The position numbers were made by a program, and so were the translations under genes. Of a DNA stretch of 64,000 nucleotides, positions 9,243-18,631 are shown piece by piece. The notes under the pieces were generated by a model that worked only from the letters and a program-made list of their open reading frames with translations, ran no database searches and was not told the DNA's origin. The stretch's first letter is position 1. Every line of letters begins with the position of its first letter. Source of the DNA: an uncultured Solirubrobacteraceae bacterium (GTDB lineage Bacteria > Actinomycetota > Thermoleophilia > Solirubrobacterales > Solirubrobacteraceae); the NCBI GenBank assembly GCA_964588985.1, contig CAZPQW010000009.1:1-64000 (forward strand), written 5' to 3'.

Positions 9243-9283
9243 TTGTCGGTTGGCGCTCGAAAAGTTCCATTTGACGAGCGCCA
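9243..9283 (-). promoter_or_regulatory. Probable autoregulatory ECF promoter embedded in a 9-bp inverted repeat
   Basis: Minus strand GGAAC-N15-CGACAA directly upstream of the sigma gene. Inverted repeat TGGCGCTCG (9251-9259) / CGAGCGCCA (9275-9283). Confidence 0.55.
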
Positions 9284-9309
9284 CCCTGCTTCTCGAGCTG
9301 CCGGCGCGT

Positions 9310-12300
9310 CTACGACACCGTGATCGTGAACGTCGCGCTGGCCGCCTCACGCGCCCGCCCGTGGCGGTCGCTGACGGTCACCGTGAACGTGAACGTTCCG
9401 CCGTGGGGGTATTTGAGCACCGACACTTTCCCGTGCAGGAGGCCCGTCGAACCCAGGCTCAGTCCCTTCGGCAGACCGCCGGCCGTCGCTTTCCATTTCG
9501 GCGGAGCCATCCCGCCCGCCGCGGTCAGCTGGTAGCTGTACGGGAGACGCAGCGTGGCGTTCGGCACCGAGGTCGTCGTCACGTGCAGCCCGAGCACGGT
9601 CAGCGTGAATTGCTGGACGCTGTCGGACCCGACGCCGTTGTGCGCGGTCAGGGTGATCGGGAACGTGCCGGTCTGGGTGGGCGTGCCTGCAAGCGCTCCG
9701 GTGGTCGAGTCGAACGTTACACCCGCCGGCAACGCTCCAGACTCGCTCAGCGTCGGCGTCGGCGTGCCCGTCGCGGTGACCGTGAACGTTCCGGCGACAC
9801 CGCGGGTAAACGTCGTGCTCGCCTGCGACGTGACCGCCGCCGCCGAGTCGACCGTCAGCGTGAAGCTCTGGACCGAGAAGCCGATCCCGTTGGACGCGGT
9901 GAAGGAGATCGGGTACACCCCGTCCTGGGTCGGTGTGCCGGACAGGACGCCCGTGGCGGCGTCGAACGTCACGCCTTCCGGAAGCGTCCCCGACTCGCCG
10001 AGCGTCGGCGCTGGCGTACCGGAGGCCGTGACCGTGAAGCTGTCGACCGTGCCCTCGACGAACGTCACGCTCGAGCCCGAGGTGATCGCGGGCGCCGAGT
10101 CCACCGTCAGGGTGAAGCTCTGGACCGCATCCGAGCCGACGCCGTTGGAGGCGGTGAAGGTGATCGGGTAGACGCCGTCCTGCGTGGGGGTTCCCGACAG
10201 AACGCCAGTGGCGGAGTCGAACGTCACGCCTTCAGGCAGCGCGCCAGACTCGCTCAAGGACGGTGCGGGCGTACCGGTCGCGTTGACCGTGAAGCTGCCT
10301 GCGGTGCCCTCCGAGAACGTTTCGCTGCTGGGCGAGACGATCGTGGGCGCCGAGTCGACCGTCAGCGTGAAGCTCTGCACCGCTTCCGCGCCGACCCCGT
10401 TGGCGGCCGAGAAGGTGATGTCGAAGACGCCGTCCTGGGTGGGCGTGCCGGACAGGACACCCGTGGCGACGTTGAACGTCACACCTTCCGGAAGCGTCCC
10501 CGACTCGCTCAGCGTCGGCGCGGGCGTTCCGGTCGCCGTGACCGTGAAGCTGCCCGCGGTCCCCTCGGTGAACGTGGCGCTCGAGCCCGACGTGATTGCC
10601 GGCGCTTCGGTGACCTGCAGCGTGGCTTTGCCGGTCGACGAGGCGTAGTTGGAGTCGCCGCTGTACGTACCCGTCAGCTGGTCCGTGCCGGCCGCGCCGT
10701 GATGCGTGACACAGGTGGCGGTGTCGGGCGATCCGCCGCTCAGGGGCTGCGCGCCGCAGCCCGCGATCGGCCCGGAGCTGTCGGCGAAGGCCACCGTCCC
10801 GGTCGGGGTTCCCGTGCCGGGGGCGACCGGGGCCACCGTGGCGGTGTAGGTGACGGGTGCTCCCACTTCGCCGGTGCCGCCGTCGGAGGAGCCGAGCGAC
10901 GTGGTGCTCGACACGCCGGGCGCCGTCGCGGAACTCAGGTGCATGGTGAGGATGTTGCGGTAGATCGCCGGGTCCTTCGGGCCAATCGTGTACAGAGCCG
11001 AGGGGTTCGTGCCGAGCACCGTCGCGACCGTGGTGACCGGTTTCGGCAGGCGGTAGCCGCTGAAGACCATCGTCAGCGAGCCGTCGGGGTTCTGCACCAC
11101 CGACGGGCCATAGGCGCGGCCGGAGTAGTAGCCGCTCACGCCGAGCGGCGCGTCGACGCCTTTGGCGAGTTCTTCGTCCTGCTTCGCGGAGGCCGAGAAC
11201 GCGTATTCGGTGCTGAGCACGACCTTCGGCACCGACCATTCCCTGCCGTTGGTCGAGGAGGTGTAGAAGATCTGGTTGAACGCGTCGCTGTCGCCGTCGC
11301 TCGCCCACGCGCCCGAGAGGAACATGCCGTAGCTGCCGTCGGGGTTCGTGACGATCGTCCCGCGCGAGCCGATGAAGCGCAGCTCGGTCGTGTCGGGGCT
11401 GCCCGAGGGCAGGCTCGTCGGGCCCGTGCTCGACGGGCTCGTCTGCTGGAAGGGGTTCGACAGGTCGTTGTAGGAGCCGGTGTTGTTGCCGGTTCCGGAG
11501 GTCGAGCCGCTGATCGCGCCGAGGTCGGTGAAGTCGATCCCGTTTTCGGTGTACGCGGCGCGCAGGACGGTGTAGTCCTCATTGTTGGAGAACAGCTTCT
11601 GCGGGCCCTTGGAGGACGAGTTCTTGCCCTCGCCGATCTTTTCCAGCGACGAGTACGGCACGACCGCCGAGTTCGGTCCGCCGACCCAGTTGCCTTCCTT
11701 GACCGATCCCGTGCCTCCACTGCAGCCGGTGAGGTCGTAGCTGCCGGCGGGCACGCCCGTCTGCGTGGCTGGAGTCACACCGTTGCAAGTGACTTCCTGG
11801 ATCGGTTTGCCGACTTCGGTGCCGAGGTAGATCTTGAACGAGCCGGTCGTGGGCAGCGGCTCGCTGGGGTGCACCGACGGCGTGTAGACGATCGTCGCGG
11901 CGGGCAGCGCGACTGTCCCGGCTTTGTAGGTCGAGCCGCTCACCGAGCCGTTGGTGGTGCCGACGATGAAGTAGCCGAGGACCTTCTGCGTGTAGAGGAC
12001 GACCGTCGAGCCGGAGGGGGCGCCGGGGTAGCTCGGCAGGGTGCCGACGATCCCGTCGGGGGACTTCAGTCCGGTCGTGACCTGCGCGTGCGGCGGCAGG
12101 ATCGGGTCGCTCGTGATCGCGTCGCCCTGGTGGACGGTCAGCGGCCCGCCGCTCGCGGTCGTGCAGAACTCGATTTTGTTCGTCGGGTTGGCGTTCGACT
12201 GCGAGCAGTACACGGTCGCCCCGTCGATGTACACGCGGTTGGGCGCGTCTTCGTTGAGGATGAACGTCGTAAGCGGCGAGACGACCGGGTTCGCGTTGAG

Positions 12301-13431
12301 GATGCTCACCTTTTCCAGCCCGCCTTCGCCGGTGGTTTTGTTCGGCCCGGCGGGGATCGTGTAGGTCAGGCCCGTGCCGGGGTTGGCCGTGGCGATCACC
12401 TGGACGAGGTCGTCTCCGGCGGCGACGGTCAGGGGCGCGCCGCCCGCGACGGTGCATCCGGTCAGCGCGAGCGGGGACGTGCTCGTGCCGGTGCAGGTGA
12501 CGATCGATTTGGACGGCGAGGCTGCGTTGTAGTCCTCGTAGGGGCCGGCGACGATGTGCTCGGGCGAGCCTTCGGTGCCGAGCGTGGACACGGGGATGCT
12601 CACGCCGCCGCTCGTCGGGACGCTGGTTTCTCCGGTCGCGTACGTGTTGGGATCGAAGCCGACCGATTCGGTTGCCGGCAGCGCCGCGAGCGGGTTGGTC
12701 GCGGCCGGTTCGACGTTGTGGACGAGCAGGCCCACGCCTTCGTAGTCGCCCGCCGGACGGTTGAGCGTGTAGAGCTTGGCGCTGCCGCCGATCGTGGCGA
12801 CGTAGGGGTGTCCCTGGCCGTCGTCGTTGGTGTCGGCGGTCGGGCAATAGCCTTTGTTCTGCCCGAGCGACTCGCCCGTGGTGATCCAGGTTTTGCCGTT
12901 GTCGGTGGAGCGCGCGACGGTAATCGCCTCTTCGGCATCCTTCGGCCGGTAGTCGAAGTAGCCGGTCAGCGAGCCGTCGGCGTTGCGGACGATGTCGGGG
13001 AAGTAGTAGGGCGCGAACGGCAGCGTGCTGCCGGCCGGCTGGGACACGGGAGACCCGGTCTCGGGGTTCGCGCCGAGGCTCGAGCAGTAGCCGTCGAGCG
13101 GGCCGGGCGTACCGGCGACGCCGCTCGGGTAGGGCACCGAGCCGGTGCCCGGGTAGACCGCGACGTTCGGCTCGCTCACACCGCCCAGCAGAGTTTCGCT
13201 GCCGCCCTGCGTGAATGCGGGCAAGAGCAGCGAGTTGGAGTATTCGCCGCCGGCGGAGGGGTCTCCCTGCGAGGTGTTCCACGGTCCGCCCGCTACGCCG
13301 TCCACGATCGGGGTTTCGGGTGTGTACGCCGTGCCTGAAGCGAGCGCTGCCGAGGACGAGAGCGCGAGGACGCCGACGATCGCTGCGAGCAGCGCGAGAA
13401 CTGCGTGGAGCGGACGGGTGGTGCGGCGCAC
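9310..13431 (-). CDS. Large secreted/surface protein: Asp-box beta-propeller-like region plus a C-terminal Ig-like repeat stalk
   Basis: Signal peptide (...SSSAALA), Asp-boxes ARSTDNGKTW and TSSTNGREW, a Big_3-like domain (PTGTVAF...YSGDSNY), and He_PIG-like repeats (LPEGVTFD..TGVLSGTPT). Confidence 0.85.
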   Translation of the reverse strand: MRRTTRPLHAVLALLAAIVGVLALSSSAALASGTAYTPETPIVDGVAGGPWNTSQGDPSAGGEYSNSLLLPAFTQGGSETLLGGVSEPNVAVYPGTGSVPYPSGVAGTPGPLDGYCSSLGANPETGSPVSQPAGSTLPFAPYYFPDIVRNADGSLTGYFDYRPKDAEEAITVARSTDNGKTWITTGESLGQNKGYCPTADTNDDGQGHPYVATIGGSAKLYTLNRPAGDYEGVGLLVHNVEPAATNPLAALPATESVGFDPNTYATGETSVPTSGGVSIPVSTLGTEGSPEHIVAGPYEDYNAASPSKSIVTCTGTSTSPLALTGCTVAGGAPLTVAAGDDLVQVIATANPGTGLTYTIPAGPNKTTGEGGLEKVSILNANPVVSPLTTFILNEDAPNRVYIDGATVYCSQSNANPTNKIEFCTTASGGPLTVHQGDAITSDPILPPHAQVTTGLKSPDGIVGTLPSYPGAPSGSTVVLYTQKVLGYFIVGTTNGSVSGSTYKAGTVALPAATIVYTPSVHPSEPLPTTGSFKIYLGTEVGKPIQEVTCNGVTPATQTGVPAGSYDLTGCSGGTGSVKEGNWVGGPNSAVVPYSSLEKIGEGKNSSSKGPQKLFSNNEDYTVLRAAYTENGIDFTDLGAISGSTSGTGNNTGSYNDLSNPFQQTSPSSTGPTSLPSGSPDTTELRFIGSRGTIVTNPDGSYGMFLSGAWASDGDSDAFNQIFYTSSTNGREWSVPKVVLSTEYAFSASAKQDEELAKGVDAPLGVSGYYSGRAYGPSVVQNPDGSLTMVFSGYRLPKPVTTVATVLGTNPSALYTIGPKDPAIYRNILTMHLSSATAPGVSSTTSLGSSDGGTGEVGAPVTYTATVAPVAPGTGTPTGTVAFADSSGPIAGCGAQPLSGGSPDTATCVTHHGAAGTDQLTGTYSGDSNYASSTGKATLQVTEAPAITSGSSATFTEGTAGSFTVTATGTPAPTLSESGTLPEGVTFNVATGVLSGTPTQDGVFDITFSAANGVGAEAVQSFTLTVDSAPTIVSPSSETFSEGTAGSFTVNATGTPAPSLSESGALPEGVTFDSATGVLSGTPTQDGVYPITFTASNGVGSDAVQSFTLTVDSAPAITSGSSVTFVEGTVDSFTVTASGTPAPTLGESGTLPEGVTFDAATGVLSGTPTQDGVYPISFTASNGIGFSVQSFTLTVDSAAAVTSQASTTFTRGVAGTFTVTATGTPTPTLSESGALPAGVTFDSTTGALAGTPTQTGTFPITLTAHNGVGSDSVQQFTLTVLGLHVTTTSVPNATLRLPYSYQLTAAGGMAPPKWKATAGGLPKGLSLGSTGLLHGKVSVLKYPHGGTFTFTVTVSDRHGRAREAASATFTITVS
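9595..10605 (-). repeat. Four tandem ~255-bp intragenic Ig-like (He_PIG) repeats
   Basis: Repeated APAITS..S.TF.EGT..SFTVTATGTPAPTLSESG.LPEGVTF..ATGVLSGTPTQDG...QSFTLTVDS unit. Confidence 0.9.
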
Positions 13432-13497
13432 GAAGGACTCCGATCGTCGGTTGCGGACCGCAGCCTTCTACCAGCCCCCAACTCGATCGTGGCCACC

Positions 13498-13543
13498 GTT
13501 CACCCGATGGTCACCGCTCGTTAACGGGTGTTCACTTTGTAAC
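13498..13543 (+). promoter_or_regulatory. Tandem ~11-bp-period GTTCAC-type boxes (PhoP/GlnR-like OmpR-family site)
   Basis: GTTCAC at 13498, GGTCAC at 13509, GTTAAC at 13520, GTTCAC at 13530, GTAAC at 13539; upstream of the surface-protein gene. Confidence 0.55.
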
Positions 13544-13581
13544 GGCCGGGATTCCGAGAACCCGACAAAACGCTGGTCAAC

Positions 13582-16122
13582 TCATTCCAGCGGGCCTTCC
13601 CCGCTTTCAGCTGTGTGTCCGGTGAATTCGATCACCTGTTGGAAGGTGGAGCGGTTGGTCCAGCGCATCGTGTACGGGAGGATCCCTGGCGGGAATTCGA
13701 TCCGCACGCCCGCCGCGCGCCACGCCGACGGGGTTGGGCCCTGCGTCGCGGCGAGGTGTTCCGCCGCGGATTGGATCGCCGCCCACAGCGAGTTGCGGCA
13801 CGCTTCGAGGCTCCCGCCGCCGCAGTACTCACGGCTGTAGGGCTGCGCGACCGGCAGACCGAGCTCGGAGCGCAGGTCCTTGTACACGTACCCGTACCAG
13901 CCGCTGTCATAGGCCGAGCCGCTGCTCGACGGCGCGTCGTCGGGCGAGGCGATCGACTCGAATTCAGGTGTCAGTTCTCCGAGCACGGGGCCGAGCACCG
14001 CTTCTGAGATCTTCGTCCACGCCGCGTCCAGGACGGCGGCGCCCGGGGCTTTCGGGCGGTGCTGCCCTAGGCGGCTCGCGCCGTGTGCGACCCATTCGGT
14101 CACGATGTCCGCCGCTTCCTGGGCGAGTGTGCTCGGCGCGGGGCTGCCGGCGAGCACCTGTGCGATCGTCGGCCACACCTTCACCGCGCGCAGGTCCTGC
14201 GTGGCGGCGCGGTTCATGATCGACACGTCGCTCGCCTCGTTCATGCCGGTGGCGAAGCCGTTGTACATCTGCACGCGCTGCACCGGTCCGTAGGAGTAGT
14301 TGTCCGAGGAGGAGCCCCATTCGGGCGCGGGCTTGTTGTTCCAGTTCAGCAGCAGGTCGCTCGCAGGCGCGACCTCGTGCGGGTGCTGTTCGAGCGACAG
14401 GAAGCCTTTCCAGTCATACGGCCCGGTGCCGAGCGTCGGCAGGCTTGGGTCTGTGCCTGGCGCGAGCACCGGCAGGCGCCCGGTGGAGAAGAACGCGATG
14501 TTGCTGGAGTCGAGGAACGCCATGTTGAAGGTCGTCTCGAGCTCGTTGGCGGCTTCGAAGAACTGCTGCGGGGAGTGCACGCGGTCGGAGTCGAGGTCGC
14601 TGAACGCGAGCTCGCCAGCGGGCTCGCGCCCGCGGGTGGAGCGGTCGGTGGCGATCGCGTAGGGCTGACCGTTGACGAGCACGGTGCCGCTGACGGGACC
14701 GTGCACCGTTTCGTGGAACACGATCTCGCGTGCCGGTTCGCCGTTGCCTTCGCCCAGCAGACCCGCGTCCATCGTGCTCATCGGGATGCACTGGCCGTTG
14801 TATTCGTAGTGGTCGGATGCGCGCGAGGGCGGGCTGCTGTCGGGGTTGCAGAGCTTCTCGAGGAACTGCTGGGTGTTCTCGCTGCCGGCGCTCGTGAGGC
14901 TCCACGCGAAGTCGCGTCCGCGGCCGATGAACACATATGGCGAGATCGGCGCGATCACGCCCTCGGCGTCGATGCCGGGGCCGTGCATGTCGGCCTGCAT
15001 GACGATCTCCGGGTAGAAGTAGCCGAGCTGCGGGCCCATCACCGCGACCGGATGCCCGGACTTGGTGTGGTTCAGACCGGCCAGCAGGAAGTTCGACGCC
15101 TTGCGCCGCGATGCCTTCGCGACCTGCGCGGCCTTCACCGCGGAGGCGCTCTCGCTGCCGGGTTCGACGACGAGCGCGCCCGGTGTGGGTCCGCTCGGTT
15201 CCTGGTCGTAGGGGAACGGCTTGGAGGTGGTGGTCGGCGCTTCGGGGTCGTTGACCTCGCGCAGGTCGCGGAACACCTGTTGGCCGGCGCTCGCGCCGAG
15301 CTTCGCCTCCAGGCGCGCGAGGAAGTTCGAGTCGGTGAGTTCACCGCCGCCGCCGTTGCCGAAGATCGAGCCGATGAACGCGAAGCCGGCGATCGCGTCG
15401 GTCGAGGTGACGGTCGGCAGGCGATACGGCGGGGGCAGGGTCTGCTCGTAGGCGTTGATGCCTTCGGCCCACTCCGCGAGGTCTTCGAGCACCTGTTCGC
15501 CGCGCGGCCCTTTTTCGATCAGCGCTTTCTTCTGTTCTTCGACGAAGCTCACCGCCTGCGCGCTCGGGGTGAACGAGCGCTGACTGAGCAGCAGCCCGAA
15601 CGGGTTGACCCCGGGGACGCCGAGCGCGGCCGCGTAGGACGGCCCGAGACCCAGACGCAGGAGAAGGCCGCGGTCCTCCGCGGCGACCCAGCCGGAGCCG
15701 AACATCACGTCGGCGCGAGTTTCGCCGTAGATGTGCGGGATGTCATGGCTGTCGCGCACGATTTCGAGACCTGGCCGGCCGGTGTTCTCGACGCGCAGCA
15801 CCGGGCCGACGACGCCGAACTTCTCCGACAGGTAGTCGTGTTCGAGTTTGCGCGTCGTGACCTTGCCCTGCAGCGAGGTGAGCGCGTTGTAGAGGACGCC
15901 CTGGTCGGTGGAGAATTCGTTCGGCGGATAGCCGCCTTCCTCACCGGGAGCGAGGATCTGGAAGGCCCCGCCCGACAGGTCGGTGAAAGCGCCGGCCGGC
16001 GCGGCGGCGAGCGCGAGCAGCACGCAGGCGGCGAGCCCCCCAGCCAGAGCTCGCCGCCGGCAGCGGCCACGAAGCGATGCGCCCCTTCCCCCAAGCAACG
16101 TCCGCGTGACCGACATCCCCAC
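13582..16122 (-). CDS. Secreted penicillin acylase family (Ntn) amidase
   Basis: Signal peptide, IVRDSHDIPHIYG, catalytic A-SN (KASNFLLAG), GPQLG, WNNKPAP, NRSTFQQ. Confidence 0.92.
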   Translation of the reverse strand: MGMSVTRTLLGGRGASLRGRCRRRALAGGLAACVLLALAAAPAGAFTDLSGGAFQILAPGEEGGYPPNEFSTDQGVLYNALTSLQGKVTTRKLEHDYLSEKFGVVGPVLRVENTGRPGLEIVRDSHDIPHIYGETRADVMFGSGWVAAEDRGLLLRLGLGPSYAAALGVPGVNPFGLLLSQRSFTPSAQAVSFVEEQKKALIEKGPRGEQVLEDLAEWAEGINAYEQTLPPPYRLPTVTSTDAIAGFAFIGSIFGNGGGGELTDSNFLARLEAKLGASAGQQVFRDLREVNDPEAPTTTSKPFPYDQEPSGPTPGALVVEPGSESASAVKAAQVAKASRRKASNFLLAGLNHTKSGHPVAVMGPQLGYFYPEIVMQADMHGPGIDAEGVIAPISPYVFIGRGRDFAWSLTSAGSENTQQFLEKLCNPDSSPPSRASDHYEYNGQCIPMSTMDAGLLGEGNGEPAREIVFHETVHGPVSGTVLVNGQPYAIATDRSTRGREPAGELAFSDLDSDRVHSPQQFFEAANELETTFNMAFLDSSNIAFFSTGRLPVLAPGTDPSLPTLGTGPYDWKGFLSLEQHPHEVAPASDLLLNWNNKPAPEWGSSSDNYSYGPVQRVQMYNGFATGMNEASDVSIMNRAATQDLRAVKVWPTIAQVLAGSPAPSTLAQEAADIVTEWVAHGASRLGQHRPKAPGAAVLDAAWTKISEAVLGPVLGELTPEFESIASPDDAPSSSGSAYDSGWYGYVYKDLRSELGLPVAQPYSREYCGGGSLEACRNSLWAAIQSAAEHLAATQGPTPSAWRAAGVRIEFPPGILPYTMRWTNRSTFQQVIEFTGHTAESGEGPLE

Positions 16123-16187
16123 TCCTCACTGCCCGCGCGTGGGCGGGCCTCCCACTCCGTTCCCCATGCGAACCCCCTACCCGGCGC

Positions 16188-16217
16188 ACCCTAAAACATG
16201 TGCCGTCTTAGAGTCAA
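16188..16217 (-). promoter_or_regulatory. Sigma70-type promoter with a palindromic operator in the spacer
   Basis: TTGACT-N18-TAGGGT; imperfect palindrome CTAAAAC-N7-GTCTTAG at 16191-16211. Confidence 0.6.
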
Positions 16218-16222
16218 CCCCC

Positions 16223-17155
16223 TTAGCCTCTCGTGAGGTCGCGCAGGAAGTAGGCGATCGTGCGGTTGAGCAGCTCCGCGCGCTCCCACTGCAGGAAGTG
16301 CCCGGCGCGCTGCACCACGAACGGCCCGATCAGCTCGCTGAACGCGACTTCGCACATCTGCGGGAACTCCCTCCAGATCACGTGGTCGTCGGGCCCATAC
16401 AGAGCGAGCGTCGGCACCGGTGAGACCTCGAAGAAGCGCGGCGCCTCCGACAGCGGCCGCGTTCCCATGGCGCTCTCGTAATTGCCCCACCCCGCGCGCA
16501 GCCGCTCCGCGTCGGCGAACGGCTCGGTCATGAAGTCCACGTCGGCGCGCGAGAACGCGCCCGGCGTGGCCCAGAAGCGGTGGCCGTAGAACTCCGCCAC
16601 GTAGCGGCGGCGCCGCTCGGGCGTGTCGAGCTCGGCCGCGAGCGCGTCCGCTTCGCGTCCGTGGCGCACGAAGTAGTCCGCCGCCATCCGCACCTCCGCC
16701 GGCGGCGAGGTCGCGATCCCCGCCGCCTCGTACTCGGCGGGCAGCAGCGGCAGGATCGAGTTGAACAGCACCTGGCGCTCGACGAACCCCTCGAAGCGCA
16801 GGCCGAGATCCTGGATCACCCCACCGCCGAGGTCGCCGCCCGCGGCCGCGCAGCGCTCGTGACCGAGGATGCCGTGGACCAGCGCGTGCATGTCTCGGGC
16901 GTGCGCCGCGAGGTCGTAGAAGCCGTCGGGCGCGAGGCTCGACTCCCCGAACCCGCGCAGATCCGGCGCGATCACCTCGAAGCCCGCGTCGGCCAGCGGC
17001 TCGATGTTGCGCCACCAGATGCGCTTGGTCTCGGGCCAGCCGTGCACGAGCAGCAGCGGATATCCGCCCACGCCCGCGCGTACGAAGGCGATCTGCACGC
17101 CGTCGCGGACCTCGGCGCGCTCGACCGGAAGGGACGATGTTCGTCGGTTCTTCAA
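16223..17155 (-). CDS. Alpha/beta hydrolase (epoxide hydrolase-like)
   Basis: HGWP, PDLRGFG, GGDLGG nucleophile elbow, GHFLQWE. Start uncertain (TTG 17155). Confidence 0.88.
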   Translation of the reverse strand: MKNRRTSSLPVERAEVRDGVQIAFVRAGVGGYPLLLVHGWPETKRIWWRNIEPLADAGFEVIAPDLRGFGESSLAPDGFYDLAAHARDMHALVHGILGHERCAAAGGDLGGGVIQDLGLRFEGFVERQVLFNSILPLLPAEYEAAGIATSPPAEVRMAADYFVRHGREADALAAELDTPERRRRYVAEFYGHRFWATPGAFSRADVDFMTEPFADAERLRAGWGNYESAMGTRPLSEAPRFFEVSPVPTLALYGPDDHVIWREFPQMCEVAFSELIGPFVVQRAGHFLQWERAELLNRTIAYFLRDLTRG

Positions 17156-17286
17156 ATTCGATCCCTCGGTTCGTTTAGAGTCCCGGCCAGGGCGCCACGA
17201 GGGCCGTATTGGGGGGCGATCCAAGGACGGCGGGCCACCGGCCGCGTCGTGAACTCTAGAGCGAGAGAAGCGCGAAGGAGAAAGAC

Positions 17287-18006
17287 ATGAAGCTGATAGG
17301 CGCGGGCATGCCGCGAACTGGAACGTTGACGCAGAAGATGTCGCTGGAGATGCTCGGGCTGGGCCCGTGCTACCACATGGTCGACGTGCTGGCCGACCTC
17401 GAGCAGGCCGACCTGTGGAAGCAGGCGCTCGCGGGAGAACCGAACTGGAACGAGATCTTCGACGGCTTCCAGTCGACCGTCGACTGGCCCGGCGGCTACT
17501 TCTACCGCGAGCTGGCCGACTTCTACCCCGAAGCGAAGGTCCTGCTCAGCGTGCGCGACCCCGAGGCGTGGGAGCGCAGCATGCGCGAGACCGTCTGGGC
17601 CGTGCGCAACGGCGAGTCGCTGATCCGACTGCTCTCGAGCGCCCAGGGACACATCAACCCGCGCTGGCAGGGCTTCCTGAACATGGTCGACGGCCTGCTG
17701 TGGCAGGGCGAGGGCACGTTCGCCGCCGGACACTCCGAGCCCGGGCAGATGATCGAGGCGATGAACCGCCACAACGAGGAGGTCAAGGCGACCATTCCGC
17801 CCGAGCGTCTGCTCGTGTGGAGCGTGACCGACGGGTGGGAGCCGCTGTGCGAGTTCCTCGAAGTGCCGATCCCCGGGGTCCCGGTGCCGCACATCAACGA
17901 CCGAAAGGAGTTCCTCAACCGCATCATCGACGGCTCACTGGCGGCGCTGAACGAGTGGCGCGAGCAGGAGGCGTCGGTCGAGCCCGAGTTCGCCCTCAAA
18001 GGCTGA
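17287..18006 (+). CDS. Sulfotransferase-family P-loop protein
   Basis: GAGMPRTGT, GPCYHM, VDWP, VRDPEAW, HNEEVK...LL...DGWEPLCEFL; AGGAG SD. Confidence 0.88.
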   Translation: MKLIGAGMPRTGTLTQKMSLEMLGLGPCYHMVDVLADLEQADLWKQALAGEPNWNEIFDGFQSTVDWPGGYFYRELADFYPEAKVLLSVRDPEAWERSMRETVWAVRNGESLIRLLSSAQGHINPRWQGFLNMVDGLLWQGEGTFAAGHSEPGQMIEAMNRHNEEVKATIPPERLLVWSVTDGWEPLCEFLEVPIPGVPVPHINDRKEFLNRIIDGSLAALNEWREQEASVEPEFALKG

Positions 18007-18068
18007 GCTTCCAGTTCTGAGAGGCGCGCGGGGCGGGTTGGCGTGCCCGCCCCGTCGCTCCCTCTCCC

Positions 18069-18476
18069 CTAGAGGTCCAGGTAGCGGAGCACCACGCGGC
18101 CGACGACGATCACGTCGCCGTCGCACAGGTCCGCCTGTTGGATGCGCCTGCCGTTGACGAACGTGCCGTTCGCGCTGCGGTCGTCGAGGATTCGTGCTCC
18201 TCCCGGGCGTGGAACGAGGATCGCGTGGCGTCGCGACACCGAGCTCTCATCCAGGCGCAGGTCCGCGGTCAGGCCGCGGCCGATGTGCATCGCCTCGCCG
18301 TCGATACGGATGTGGAGGGTGCGCTCCGCGCCCTGGATCTCGACGTAGCGGCCCGGGGCGAGCGGCTCGGCGGGCTCGGCGCGATGGCGGACGCGCTCGT
18401 CCAAGCAGGCGACCGGGTCGAACCTCTCGGTCAGGCCGTCGGCGGCAGCGGGGCGGATGAGCGTTTGTGAGGTCAT
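18069..18476 (-). CDS. FHA domain protein
   Basis: IGRG, VSRRHA, DDRSANGTFVNG, LCDGDVIVVG. Confidence 0.9.
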   Translation of the reverse strand: MTSQTLIRPAAADGLTERFDPVACLDERVRHRAEPAEPLAPGRYVEIQGAERTLHIRIDGEAMHIGRGLTADLRLDESSVSRRHAILVPRPGGARILDDRSANGTFVNGRRIQQADLCDGDVIVVGRVVLRYLDL

Positions 18477-18631
18477 GCAGGTAAGCAAACCCCATGCTAC
18501 TCACGCTTACATGAAGCGCCGTTAAGAAATTACGAAACTTCGAAAAGGTTCGGTAGACGCACCTCTAGATGGGGGCTGACCAGACCGCGCGGCCGCCGCG
18601 TCTGGGCCACCGCTGGCGTACCCTGAAGTTG

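Noticed and set aside
9595-10605. Regular DNA repeats as a possible CRISPR array
   Set aside because: They are ~255-bp degenerate in-frame Ig-domain repeats, not short repeats with unique spacers.
9184-13338. 1384-aa plus-strand ORF, and similar long antisense ORFs such as 29324-31900 and 14083-16194
   Set aside because: Arg/Gly-rich shadow frames opposite well-supported genes; expected in high-GC DNA, with no recognisable motifs.
6400-16200. Integrated element bounded by a duplicated tRNA 3' end
   Set aside because: No second copy of the tRNA 3' end and no integrase were found by eye, so no mobile element is called.
18539-18553. LexA-like TCGAAAAGGTTCGG, and a similar GAACATCGTTG near 48932
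   Set aside because: Spacing is too short for GAAC-N4-GTTC and the half-sites mismatch.
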